DNA of 64,000 nt from Octopus sinensis (GCF_006345805.1 NC_043002.1:11780001-11844000); one strand, 5' to 3'; positions 1-13,322 are shown, counted from the first letter of the stretch. A program made the numbers and translations. The notes: generated by a model not told the origin, from the sequence alone.

Positions 1-702
1 GCAAATAATATGTTAGTGAGGTAAAGGACAAAGTTTCTATTCGATATGGAGATTGGAGAGGAAAAGGGGACGAAGGGGAAGGGGGGGAGAATGACAGTAA
101 TAGAAAAAAGGTCAATGAAATTAAATATATGACTCAACGAAGGAATGAAACCGGTAGGTGGAAGTGAGGGAGGGACGAAAGAAGGGAGAAGAGCATTATA
201 ATGTAAGAAAGTAAGAGCGAAGAAAATATAACACAGACAGAAAGACAGCCAGAGAAATAGATAGATTGATAGACAGAGAGCGAGAGAGAGAGAGAGAGAG
301 AGAGAGGGACAGAGATAAAGAGAGAGAGATAGAGAGAAATAAAAAAAAACACGAGGTGTGTCGTGAAAGATAATGGAGCGGTTGAGAAGAAGATATCGGG
401 GCGAAAGCCGTGTGTCAACTATGCAGCCAGTATTTTCCAAGATATTTTATCGAGATGTATATCTGCGAACAGCTTAACAAACAGCTTCAAGATAAATCTG
501 ATAAAATACTTCCTCAAAAGGCATTCAATGGTCATAGTTGCGAATCTTTGTTCATTCATATTAAGGTGGAGGGTGGTTTGGGCATAAATTCCCCCTTTTT
601 TTATTCTTCATGTGCATTATTTTTTTTTGTTTTATTGGGAAACATATTTGTTTTGTTTTGCTTCTTGATGCTCCTCTTTCTTTTAACGGTAACTGGGTCA
701 AA

Positions 703-712
703 GTCTATCTAA

Positions 713-777
<65 letters not shown>

Positions 778-805
778 CATCTATCTATCTATCTATCTAT
801 CTAAG

Positions 806-869
<64 letters not shown>

Positions 870-1098
870 AGTCTGTCTGTCTGTCTGTCTCTCCCTCTCC
901 GTCTCTCTATATATATATATACATACATACACACACACACATATATATGTAAATATATACATCTATATATACATGTATATATATATTATATATATATGTA
1001 TATATATGCACATATGTATGTATATATGTATATATGTATATATATATATGCATATATGTATATATATATATGTATATATGCATATATGTATATATATG

Positions 1099-1141
<43 letters not shown>

Positions 1142-1220
1142 ATATATACATGTATGTATACATGTATATATATGTACATATATGTATATGTATGTATGTA
1201 TATATATATATATATATATT
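703..1220. repeat. (TATC)n followed by (TA)/(TATG) microsatellites
   Basis: Seen directly in the sequence. Confidence 0.95.
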
Positions 1221-1299
1221 AACTCGACTCCGTTGGTCACTAATAACCGCGTATGTACAAAAGATGTTCGCCTCCGGTGTACAAATCTAGGCATTAAGT

Positions 1300-1580
1300 C
1301 GCCTCACAGGCTAATTCCCGACCTAGGCTTGTTTTTATGGAAGACCAGCTGTCGGTCATGTATAACGGCCTCCCCTCTCCACGCCACCGATGTTATCCGA
1401 GGGAAAGGCAATGGGGTAGATACAGCTTGGCACCAGTAATGTCGAAACTCATTTCTCCAGCCGAGTGAACTAGAGCGACGTGAAATGAAGTATCTTGCTC
1501 AGGAACACAACACGCAGCATCTAACTCACAACCTCACGATCGTAGGCTCAATTCTCTAACCACTGAGCAACGCGCCTTCA
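1300..1580 (-). mobile_element. tRNA-derived SINE, family C
   Basis: Reverse complement of gctcagtggttagag...gtgttcctgagcaagatacttcatttcac...ggtggcgtggagaggggagg. Matches 30953-31270. Confidence 0.7.
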
Positions 1581-1960
1581 TATCTATACAATATATATAT
1601 ATAGATACAGATATATATTATACACACACACGCAGACATATCGAAAAATGTATATATATATATATATATATATCAAAAATACAAGGATTACGTTATTAAA
1701 AATAAACATTAAGTCACAAGAAATTTGAAGAGCTAACTGCGAAACCGGTATTTCTTTAAAAATTATAAAATTATGTCATTTTAAGGAGGAAAAAAATTTT
1801 TCCAATATTCTCCAGACATTTTGACGCAAATATATATATTTTTTAACATTTAAGCCTTCTGTCGTTTTTTCACTCTTTACTATTTTCTTATATATTCACC
1901 CACGTGCTTTACCAAACAAACTTTCTTATCTGTATATACATATATATATATATATACATA

Positions 1961-2831
1961 TACATTGCGTACACCGAGTTTTTCTACAGCCCAGGAAGAT
2001 TTTTGCAAAATCAGTGAATGCTTTCGTGATTCTGAGCAACCTGTACAATGTATAGGGATAAAAACAATCGCTCAAGAGCTTGGAATACACATACATAATA
2101 TACAAATATCGGATAATCTTATGCTCTTTTGTTGTTGAGATTGTTTCTTTAATATTGTTCTGACAGTAAATGTTGCCTCGTTTATTACTGACTACCTTAT
2201 CACCTATTCATGCATCAGACATGTAATAACACGGCGCGCTCAATTGTGAAGCATATTTCGCTTATCTCTTATTGGTTTATAACAACACAAGTCGATGATC
2301 AGCCAAAGATCTTCATGGTGACGATCCACACTGCTCAGCTATCCAGAATGCACTATGACTTTTGTTTACGTGACAGTGGTGCAAGGCTGCATATTTTTAA
2401 TGCAGATTTACGTCCTCCTGTCCAACAATATGTAACTAGTGAACAGAAACAAATAAATACTAAGGCGCGAGTTCCTAAAAACCGACACAGGCAAATGGAT
2501 TCTTTACAGGCGAACTTAGGCTATACGTGACGGTGGAAGGTTTGCTGCTGTGGGCCGTGACATTGGAGTCGATGTATTTACTATTTTTTTCATTTACAAA
2601 CTGCTTGGATATGACTCACTTCTCACTGATTCATCTATCACTGTTATTTTTGCAAACAACTCACCGTAATAAACGATATTATGCATTTATATATTATGTA
2701 TGTGTATTCCAAGCTCTTCTGCCATTGTTTTTATCCCTATACATTGTACAGGTTGCTCAGAATCCCGAAAGCATTTATTGCTTTTGCAAAAATCTTCCTG
2801 GGCTGTAGAAAAATTCGTTGTACGCTATGTA
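1961..2831. mobile_element. Non-autonomous element with ~145-bp terminal inverted repeats
   Basis: 1961-2106 is the reverse complement of 2686-2831 at roughly 90% identity (for example ttctacagcccaggaagatttttgcaaaa / ttttgcaaaaatcttcctgggctgtagaa). Confidence 0.75.
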
Positions 2832-3529
2832 AACAGTCTCCAAATTATTATACGCCGTTAGAAGCCATGATGCTGTGGACATTTTGTGAGATAAAAAACA
2901 ATTAATGCTTGACTATTTTGTTTATCTCTTAAGAGTTTCTAATTCTACCATAAAGTAATTCTGCATGCCAAGTACAGACTTTTATGCGTCAAATATATTT
3001 GGGCTCATTTTCTGAAAGCTCACACCAAGGAAGGCTCTTTCTGATAAGTATTCTTGTTTGAAATCTTTTATATTTACAGTTGCAAATACTCATATTTATT
3101 GAGCAGTCAATGAAAAAGCTTCATCAAATGAAATTCAGAAGCAATTATTTTAAGAGAATTATCACCTTAGGGTTGTTTAAATTATAACAATAACAGAAAT
3201 AATACATTTCTAAATTTCTCAGCGAGGTTTATACAGTAGTAACACGATAAAGTGGTGGTATGTTGCCAACTTAATGTGACAATCCAATGAAAGGGAAGAA
3301 TACTACCGCTACTTAGCCCTAGGAAGCACCACTTCCTTTCAGTCTTGACACATTTCCTGTGTCCTTATGTTTACAAGTACTTCTACCCAGCAAAGCCAGC
3401 ATCCAGAGACTAGATTCTGAGTCATTGCTCATCATCATAACAACAACAGTCCCACGGACATGTTAGAAACACAAATCTCTCACTCCCCTTCTTCTCTGCC
3501 GCTCTCTGTGTGTCTATCTGTATGTCTGT

Positions 3530-3571
3530 CTATCCATGTAACCATGTATCTGTCCATCCATTTATCTATCC

Positions 3572-3633
<62 letters not shown>

Positions 3634-3634
3634 A

Positions 3635-3665
<31 letters not shown>
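3530..3665. repeat. (TATC)n, left flank of the Tx1 LINE
   Basis: Seen directly in the sequence. Confidence 0.95.
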
Positions 3666-4229
3666 TGACGGATGTGATGTCAGTTCAGCTCCGAAGGTAT
3701 TGTTTTTTGACTATTTATAGCCCAATTTTTGTGTAAATTTTTGCAATAAGGTGGTAAGGCAACCAACTTTCGTTTGAGTGCTTTTCCAAGGGAGGATTCG
3801 CCCCTGGGGCAGTTTCGACCCCATTTCATTTCTGTAATTTTCTTCTCGACATTAGAAAATGTCTAGAAATTTTATTGTAGACGCTGTCGCGTTCTTTTAT
3901 GGAACAACATTTTCCTAGTCTGGAACGATAGAGAAAAAAAAGAACGTGCGCACGGAAAATGCAAACATAATATCGGTGAAATGAACGCTGCAATCACGTG
4001 CGTTAACAGCCCTGTCACCACCGCCACCACCACCACAACACAGCAACCACGAGACTACAACTGCTACCACCACCACCTCCACCACCACCACCAACCACTA
4101 CCACGACCACCATAAATGATAAAAATAAATGAAACGAAAACTATTGACAAAACAACAGCAACACAAGAACAACAATAAAAATGAACTATCTAATAGTGAA
4201 GATGTTAATAAAAAAAATCAACAACATCA

Positions 4230-5713
4230 GTAATTTCGCAGACATTCTTCGCCAGAAGAAAGATAGTAACATTCACAAATGAAGAGCTCATAGAAACAAG
4301 AGCTCTCTTTACAACCCGTGGACAGATTTAGTGCTGCATACACCTCAACATATAAAACAAGAAATAGAAAATAAGACAATTGTATATAAAATTATTAGAA
4401 AAAAAAAAACCAATGAACAGATTACAAAAACGATGTGGAAAAATGTTTAAAAACATAATGAAAGAAAAAGAGTATATAAACTGGGGTCCCCAGTTTAACA
4501 CAGTAGTGGTCCGCTTCCCTAACCAGGAAGTGGCAAAAGCTCACTCTACTGAGTCTCTGGGAAATGATGAAATCATCATGGTCCCTTATTATAAGAACCA
4601 GAGAGTGAGTAGAATTACTATCAGAAATGTACCCCCCGATATGCCGAACAAATGGATTACAGGGGCAATCTGTTACCACTTGAAAAAGATCAATATTTTA
4701 GAAACAGTCGTGTACCTAAACGACAATTGGGGTGGAAAAACAGTAGTAGTGACCATCCAGATTGAGGGGGCCTCTATCGAGAGCCTACTCGACAAGATAT
4801 ACTTGGAGAATGGGCAATGCCTATATGTTATGGCAGAAGGCAAAAAGCCTAGATGCTACAAAGTGGCAGCCCCGAACATTTGATTGCCAAGTGCGATCTG
4901 GTACAGAAAAAACAAGAAGAACAAATAGAAAACAAATAAAATCCCTTTGTTGCCAACACCAACACCAACACACTCAATTATGGAACAATGCCAAGAAAAA
5001 CAACAAACCAGCAAACAAACCCCAATAACAAACCAAGAAAAGAAACAGTACACAACACATCACCGTTGACGTCACAACCAATTAAACTGTGAATTAACAA
5101 AAATAGACCCACACCACCCACACCCAGGACGACAATTAAAAAGACAGAAAACCTGACGAGAAGACAAATGCTACCCCTAACACCACAACAACACAAACAC
5201 CGCACAAAACATCAACAATTTATACAAGCATACATAGTAATGCAAATGTTTTGCCTCTACCCCATACTGATACGTCGGACGACGAAGTTCGACGGAATGG
5301 CAAATAGCCACAGGGGGTAAAAGAAAAAGATCCAAAAAAATCCACCAAACAAGGAAGTAAAGCAGGGAGATATCTAACTCAGGACAACATCCCCCTAGAT
5401 CAAAAAAGTAATGAACCCGTAAAACAACACACACAACTAACTGCAATAGACACAGACAATAAAGAATTAATGGACTACATCAAATCTAACATGGTCATCT
5501 GTGAAGATGACTTTAAGACAAACAATCATCCGCACACCAACCACCGAAACACATCAGAATTTTACACATAACACAAGCACAACACCACATACTGAAAACA
5601 TATTTCCGAATGCGGTAGGCGGGTATCAACGATACCTGTCGAAAAAACTATACAAACACCTCATCAAAAACGATACAAAAGAAGAAGAAGAAAAAATGAA
5701 ACTTTTAAAATGA
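4230..5713 (+). pseudogene. LINE ORF1 (RRM-like region plus CCHC zinc knuckle), frameshifted
   Basis: ORF 4380-4883 reads VVVRFPNQEVA...RITIRNVPPDMP...LYVMAEGKKPRCYK. Repairing two 1-nt frameshifts near 4860-4875 gives CYK-GSPEHLIAKC. A Thr/Gln-rich tail follows and the stop is at about 5713. The start is uncertain and may be near 3980. Confidence 0.75.
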
Positions 5714-5776
5714 GTATTGACCTCACTCTTGCCTCTTGTCTCTTCTAATATAGTGTGTAAAACACAATTTTCGTAA

Positions 5777-8700
5777 ATGTCAAGTATGCTTAAATTAGGT
5801 TGTGTGAATGCGCGTGGCTTGGCGTCGGCTTGGAAGCAAGGTTACCTTCTAAACGACATCAAGTCACTGGACGTGGATATAGTAGCTATCAGTGAAACCA
5901 GACTCAGTAAGCCGCGGGCCCTCGAGTCCATGTTTGGCAATCAATTTGACATTTATTTTTCGCCCTGTCTGCCGAACATGGGTGGTAGAGGTACTGCGGT
6001 GCTTTTTCGAAAGAGTCTAAAGGTAAAAGTAAGAGCAATATTCCTAGACCCGGAGGGTAGGCTGGTTGTCTTGGACGTGGATGGCAGAAGTGGGTGTGCA
6101 TTCCGTCTGATGGAAGCTTATGCACCGTCCTTAACGGGTCGGGCGGATTTCTTCAGACGTCTAGAGGTTTTCCTGGGTACGTCTAGACCTTTACTGTTAG
6201 TAGGGGATTGGAACGCTACCTTGGACACGCATCTAGATTATGTGGAAGGATAGGATAGAAGGGGGTGTAAGAGCCTCAAAGACCTGCTCAGACGTTTCCA
6301 TTTGTCTGACAGGTTCCGACTCGACCATCCGAACGTGCCAACGTGGACTTGGACAAACGCGTCGGATCGTCGAGATCTTATCTAGATAGAATTCTATGCA
6401 GGACAGCGGATAGGGATAGTGTAGGATGTCCACAATTTAAAATAGTCAGCTACACAGATCACAAATTTGTTACGTGTACGCTCGACTTAGATAAAACACA
6501 TAGGCAGGGTCCCGGTTACTGGAAACTGAACACGTCGCTGTTAGCGCGACAGGTTTACAGGAACCGGATTAGCGAGTTAATTAAGAGGGCGCTGACGGGA
6601 GCGGTCGTTAACAACCGCTGGTGGTACGCCCTGAAAATGGCAATAAAATCGGAATCAATTAGGTTTAGCAAGGAATTAGCGATAGAACGAAATAGAGTAG
6701 AGGGAGGCTTAGTTAAGAAACTAGAAGAGGCACTTACCACTGACAGCGCAACCAACGTGCTGGCTGCGAGGATGGCCCTCGACCAACACCTCAACGCCAA
6801 GCACGAAGGTTGCGTCGTCAGAGCTAAAATGCGTGCCTTAAGGAACGAAGGGATTGAAGCTGCGCGAGAGGCCCGGGTAGCGGAGGCGCAGCGTGGCAAC
6901 AGATCCACCATTCGGTCTCTAATAGATCAACAGGGATGCAGTTTACTCGAACCCGAAAGGATGTGTGAGGCCTTTCAACAGCACTTTGCTCGACTGTTTG
7001 GTGCGAGTGGTGGGTCGGAACGCGGGATAGATTTCAGTGCCTACCTGACCGACCTGCCGCGGCTCTCGGCAAGAGAAGCGGAGTGTTGTGAAAGTCCCAT
7101 CACAGCCGCTGACGTGTGGGATGCGATGGCGGGCTGCGCGAGGGATAAGTCGCCTGGATTGGATGGTTTACCCTACGAGCTGTATTGTCGAATGCCAGAC
7201 TTGTTTGGCGACCTCTGGCATCAGTCTACTGCAACTGGCAACAAAACGGGAGAATCCCCGTTTCGTGAGCCGAGGTGCAGTGACGTTGCTGAAGAAAGAC
7301 TCAAACAAGGGGAATTTTATAGATAATTTCAGGCCCATCACTCTGCTCAACGCAGATTTGAAAATTTTGGTCCAAAGTAATAGCCGAGAGGTTGGCGCTT
7401 GTCATTGGTAACTGGTCGACAGGGCGCAAACATGCGCCGTGCCGGCAGAACCATACATGACAACCTCCATCTGATGCGCTACATTGTGGACAGGGTAGTT
7501 AAGGATCCTGGCATGGGTGGGGCGCTGATAAATTTGGATCAGTCTAAAGCCTTCGATAGGGTCGACCATCGGTACTTGGCGGCCGTCCTCAGGGCGGCTG
7601 GCTTCGGTCCGTCTTCCGCGGTTGGATCGCTGCCTTGTATAGCGGCATCCGATCGGTGATTCGGGTGAACGGTCACCTGTCGAAACCGTTTGACATCACG
7701 CGTTCGGTCCGTCAGGGGTGTCCCCTGTCGGCGCTTCTGTATGTATTGACTCTCGAGCGCTACTGCGGAAGCTGGCGACACTGAGGGGCATCCCACGGGA
7801 ACTGGGTTGCGGGACGACGTGTCGGCATATGCGGACGATGTCACCGTCATAGTGTCGAGCTACCAGCAACATCGAGCTGGTCGGCGAGACACTAAGAAAA
7901 TATGAAACGGTGACGGGAGCAAAGATTAACCCGGAAAAGTCAGTGGGTTTGCTACTCGGCAGCTGGAGAAGCAAGCCCATGCCGTCCGACTGCGGCTCAG
8001 TAGTGGGACGCTGGACGGACGGACCGGTTAAATTGCTCGGGGTCTGGTTCAGTCCGGACCTCCAAATGGATAAGAACTGGACGAGATCACGAGTAGAGTG
8101 GTCGCTCTCAGCCAAACATGGCCGAGAGAAAGCTGTCTCTAAAAGGCCGGGCGGAGGTGGCGAACGCGTACATCGCATCCGTCATCGATACCGCCTGACC
8201 GTCGTACCTTGTCCCGACGCCACCATCACCAAACTGGAACGCATACTCTCCGCTTCCTGTGGAAGGGTGGCGTTCCGATGGTGAGGAAGTCCATTTGCTG
8301 TCAACATCCGTTGAATGGAGGACTGGGCATGCCGTGGTGATGATGCGCAGGCATGCGCTGAGACTGCGACATCTCTGGAAATTCATCGACGACGGTGAAC
8401 AGTGTGGGCGCCGTTTGTGAGGCGCGACTTCCCGCAGCTCGTCTCACTGACCGAACTGCAAACGTGGATCAAAAGAGACCGAAACTGGGCGATTGGCACC
8501 GAGAGTGTCGCCAAGCTCTACAGCAGCTCTGCCGACCGGGGTCAAACTTGTGCAACTTACCAAACGACTAAAGCGTTCTATAGAGGACTAGTGGAGGGAG
8601 GTCCGACGACACACTCGGGGCAAACCTGGGCGTCGACGAGGAATTCCTAACCCGCCTGTTCAGGACGACGTTCGGGCCGGGCCGGCCTATGGATAACTTC

Positions 8701-9141
8701 CAGAAATCCCTGGCTTGGCAGTGCTATCGAGACGCACTACCTGTTCGAGAGAAGAGCTACAGACACGGTTCGAAAACCATCACCGGACCGACCTGCCCGA
8801 GATGCGGTCAGAGCGACGAAACCGTTCTGCACGCACTCGTGCAGTGTCCAGATATTTCAGAGCTGTGGTCCTTCGTCGAACAGCTGTTGTCACGTGTAGG
8901 TCAGGCTCGCCTATCGGCCGAGTCTATCGTGAATATTGTTCCACCACCTTCCTTAAACGGAAGGGAAAACGGTTTTCGTTACGCTGATGGCTATGGCGAA
9001 AGAATGTGTGTGGTGGACGCGTTTGAAAGGACTGCAAACAAACACCTTCCTCTCTGGTCAGTCTCTCGTCAACTTTTCAAGTACCACTTGAAAAGGAGGA
9101 TGAGAATAGAGAGGAAGGCTTTGGTCGAACGAATGTTTTAA
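5777..9141 (+). pseudogene. LINE ORF2: apurinic endonuclease, reverse transcriptase and zf-RVT, split by frameshifts
   Basis: APE motifs CVNARGL, IVAISETRL, LLVGDWNA, YLDRI, TDHK. RT motifs KSPGLDGLPYELY, NFRPITLLNADLKIL, LDQSKAFDRVDH, VRQGCPLS, YADDVT, GAKINPEKS. C-terminal CPRCGQSDETVLHALVQC. Confidence 0.95.
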
Positions 9142-9499
9142 TAAAAAGTGGGTAAAAGTGGCAAAAATGGTCAGTATGAAAGACGACACTAATTTAAGCA
9201 TAAATCTGTAACCAAAAGAGACAACGAGAAGTAAGGCGACTTACTCATGTGTTCTTTTTCGAACTGTCTGAGGTGACCTTGGTCTTTTTTGTAGGTTTTT
9301 CTTTCCAAGGTTACACCTAAACTGTGAACCTTATATATATATATATATTGCTTTTTATACACCACACAACCCACAGATCCCTATTGATCAAACGGTTTTT
9401 TTTTTGCCCCACCCATCCCACCTCGAAAAGAAAAAATTCTACATTGTATTTCGTCCATTTTTATTCTGTGTTTAGCCCTGTGTGGCTACAATAAAAAGT

Positions 9500-9770
<271 letters not shown>

Positions 9771-10046
9771 TATAACTATTCATGTATGTATGTATCTCTC
9801 TGTCTGACTATGTATTTAACACAAACACACACTTTCCATCTCTGTCTTCCTAGTTATATGTAGATGTTTTGTGTATATGTGTGTGTATATCTGTGTGTGT
9901 ATAAACAAAACAAAATGTGTATATATGCAGTATGCACATTATAAATAATGCATTATAATTGTATAGAATATATAAAGAACTGTATGTATCCATATTCATA
10001 CGTTATCTGGAGGCACGTGCATATGTGTATATGTTTTATATTTCAT

Positions 10047-10640
10047 TGCTTTCAGCCAGAGACTAAGGCCATACTGGAGCACCGGTTTCAGTTTGTTTTG
10101 GTTTGTTTTCTGTACTCTTTTCGGCAACGTAGCGAATTGGACCGAGAGCTGCTTTTCTTTGTGCCTCTTGCTGTAGTATGGGTTCGTCTGGTATCTCGGA
10201 TAAAAATTTGTCCAGACGCTCTTTGAAGATCTCTACATCTAAACCTCGCAAGCTCTTGAGATTATTTGGCAGAATATGGAATAGTTGTGGCCCCTCAAAA
10301 CTCAAGCTGTTGCAGTACAAGGTCCTTATTCTCGAAGGAGAAGATGGGACATTGGCACTTGGCTGTGCTGTCCAGTTCGTTGGTTGGTGTAGCTTTCAAT
10401 TCCAAAGTCATGAGCTAAGCTTTCCAGGATCTTCCATATGTTTATCTCTATATATCTTTCACACCTCTGTAGGGATTCGTGCTCAGGTCCTGTTGCCTCT
10501 CCCATTAGCTCATCTGTTTCAATTAGTCAATCTTGTTTGGGTACTGGCACAGCATTACCTCAGCTTGTGCTACCAGTTTGACAATTTGTTACCAGCACAC
10601 GATTCGTCATTGCATTTATTTGCATTCTCTGCACCGTGTA
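10047..10640 (-). mobile_element. CR1-clade LINE 3' fragment
   Basis: Reads NIWKILESL, then LYCNSLSFEGPQLFHILPNNLKSLRGLDVEIFKERLDKFLSEIPDEP, typical of a CR1 ORF2 C-terminus. The tail is ggtgctccagtatggcc. Confidence 0.8.
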
Positions 10641-10651
10641 TCCACAACAGT

Positions 10652-10684
<33 letters not shown>

Positions 10685-10696
10685 GATCATACATAC

Positions 10697-10762
<66 letters not shown>

Positions 10763-10969
10763 TATGATCTGATGATATTATACTCACATCACATAAATGT
10801 AAATTTAATGTACAAATTTGTAATTAAATTATTGAGTATTAATTGAAACAGCTGTTAAGAAGCGAAAATGACCAATTTATTAAGAATAAATAACTGTTAA
10901 CTTCCTTATCTCAATTTCATTTTTTCTTTTAACTGGATATATACCTATATATATATATATATTTATATA

Positions 10970-11355
10970 GACGCAGTTGTAACTGCGTCGTAAAAAAGTA
11001 TGCTTCAATACCACATGGTTCTAAGTTCAGTCTCACTGCGTGGCGCCTTGGACAATTGTCTTCTACTATAACCTTAAATCAACGAAAGTCTGGTGAGTAG
11101 AGGAGGTAGACGAGAAGACGTCCATCGTACATGTGTGTGTGTGTGTGTGTATGTGTGTGTTTGTGTCTGTGTTTGTCCCCAACCACCGTTTGACAACAGT
11201 TTTGGTGTGTTTACGTCCCCATAACTTAGCCGTACGACAAATGAAACTGGTAGAATAATTGTTAGGTTTAACAAACAAATAAGTACTGGGATCCATTCAT
11301 TCGAATAAAACAAAAACAAATTGTTCGAGTCGGTGCCCCAGCATGACCGCAGTTT
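10970..11355 (+). mobile_element. SINE family A, diverged
   Basis: Head, (TG)n and tail ggtgccccagcatgaccgcag are recognisable. Confidence 0.7.
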
Positions 11356-11846
11356 GATTACTGTACCAAGTAAGGGATAAAAAATATTATGAGTAGATAT
11401 CAATATATTTTCCAGATCATGTCTTCATTCGTACAAAAACAGCAAATCTACCTCAGAGTGCTCAATGTAATATTAAATAGAATTAAAGAAGTATTCCATT
11501 GCTATGACTATCGTTGTATTTGTATACACGTCTAACTGACAAGTGGATGACTACGCCCTATAATAAAAGAAAATAAACACAGATAATCTAATAGAGTTTA
11601 AATATACACTGCAAAAAACAAAAATAAAAAAGCGCACTCTATGTATATATATATATATTATATATATATATATATATATATTGTGTGTGTGTGTGTGTAT
11701 GTGTGTGTGCGTTTGTGTGTGCGAATGCATGTGTGTGTGTTTGCGTGTGTGTGTATACACTTACAAACAAATATGTTGGACACCGCAGCTATACATTACA
11801 TACAAAAACACGTGTAGGTTCGTGTCTGTATTTGCATGTGAGTAAG

Positions 11847-11898
<52 letters not shown>

Positions 11899-12570
11899 GT
11901 GTGGTGTGTGTGTGTGTGCATGTACATGTATGTTTGTATGTATATATGTTCCATATATATATGTATATATATGTTGATATATATATATATAATATATAAT
12001 AATACAAATATACGTATGTATGCATATATACGTGCACGCATATATATATATATATATATATATATGGGTTTTTTCTCATTGTACTATAATGTTTTACGAT
12101 TGCGATTACGAGAGACACTGGCAAATACTCAAATATTGTACAACAGGAAGTTCTTTATAGCAGAAAAAAAACCCCAACAAAAACAAAAAAAAATAAACAA
12201 AAATAAGAAAAAAACATAACCACAATATCAAAAACACAAACAACAAACGCACAACATACACCAAACAACACGATAACACGCACAACACACACACACACAC
12301 ACACTAACAAGCGCTCGCACAAACATTCGTACAAAATGAAAAAAAAAAAAACAACAACATCGAGATCTCAAGAATATTTCTTATCTTGGACGTTATTTTA
12401 TCTTGGATTGCCCCTTTTTATTTTTCGAATTATTTCCCAGAGAATATCTTCCAAGCGACCGAGCTCAATTTGAAATGAAATAAATACATATTTTCTCTTT
12501 GTTCTTTCTTCCTACCTTTTTTCTTCTGTTTTTTTTGGTTCTTCGTATATATATGTATATATATATATAT

Positions 12571-12625
<55 letters not shown>

Positions 12626-13099
12626 GTATGTATATTCTTTTCATTTATCTAAGACTTAGCGAAAGATAAGTTTTCATTGAATCCAAATGTCTGAATAAGA
12701 TTTTGGACCTTAAAGCATACGTAGCGTTGTTGTTGTTGTTGTGGTAGTGGGGGTGGTAGTGTAGGGTGCTGTTGTTTTCAAAGTTATTGTTAGTGTTTTA
12801 TGTTGTTTGTGACTGTTGTTGTGTTGTTGATAATAATGATGATGATAATGGTGGTGGTGGTGGTGGTGCGTATGGTGACGGTGATGGTATGGTACTTACT
12901 AGTGTTGGCTGTGTTAAATCTGGTTTGATGGTGAGATATGAGGAAGAGACTAACAAATGTATGGTGTGTGTATGTGTGTGTGTGTGTGTGTATGTATGTG
13001 TGTGTGTGTGTGTGTGCAGACAGACAGGGCTAGTGGCGGATTAAATGTAATGATAGCCTCTCAATTTGAGTGAATGTACTGCCGCAGAAACACATGTTG

Positions 13100-13252
13100 A
13101 GAACAAACATATCGAGAGAAAGAAAGAGAGAGACAGAGAGAAAGAGAGAGAGACAGAGAGACAGAGAGACAAAGAGACAGAGAGACAGACAGAGCGAGTG
13201 AGAATTAGCTAATTAGGTAGATAGATAGGTAGATAAATAGAGGGATAAACAA

Positions 13253-13322
<70 letters not shown>

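Larger units (their letters stand above)
3666..9499 (+). mobile_element. Full-length non-LTR retrotransposon (LINE), Tx1/L1 clade, frameshifted
   Basis: Contains a 5' UTR, an ORF1 with a CCHC knuckle, an ORF2 with APE, RT and a C-terminal CxxC..H..C motif, and a 3' UTR ending at AATAAA (9490-9495). (TATC)n lies directly on both sides. Confidence 0.92.

Noticed and set aside
363-600. Non-repetitive stretch with a CxxC-containing ORF (AKAVCQLCSQYF)
   Set aside because: There is an in-frame stop just upstream, no recognisable family and no convincing splice sites.
3795-3835. GC-rich hairpins in the Tx1 5' UTR as a possible HDV-like ribozyme
   Set aside because: I could not build the nested double pseudoknot; only two short hairpins are visible.
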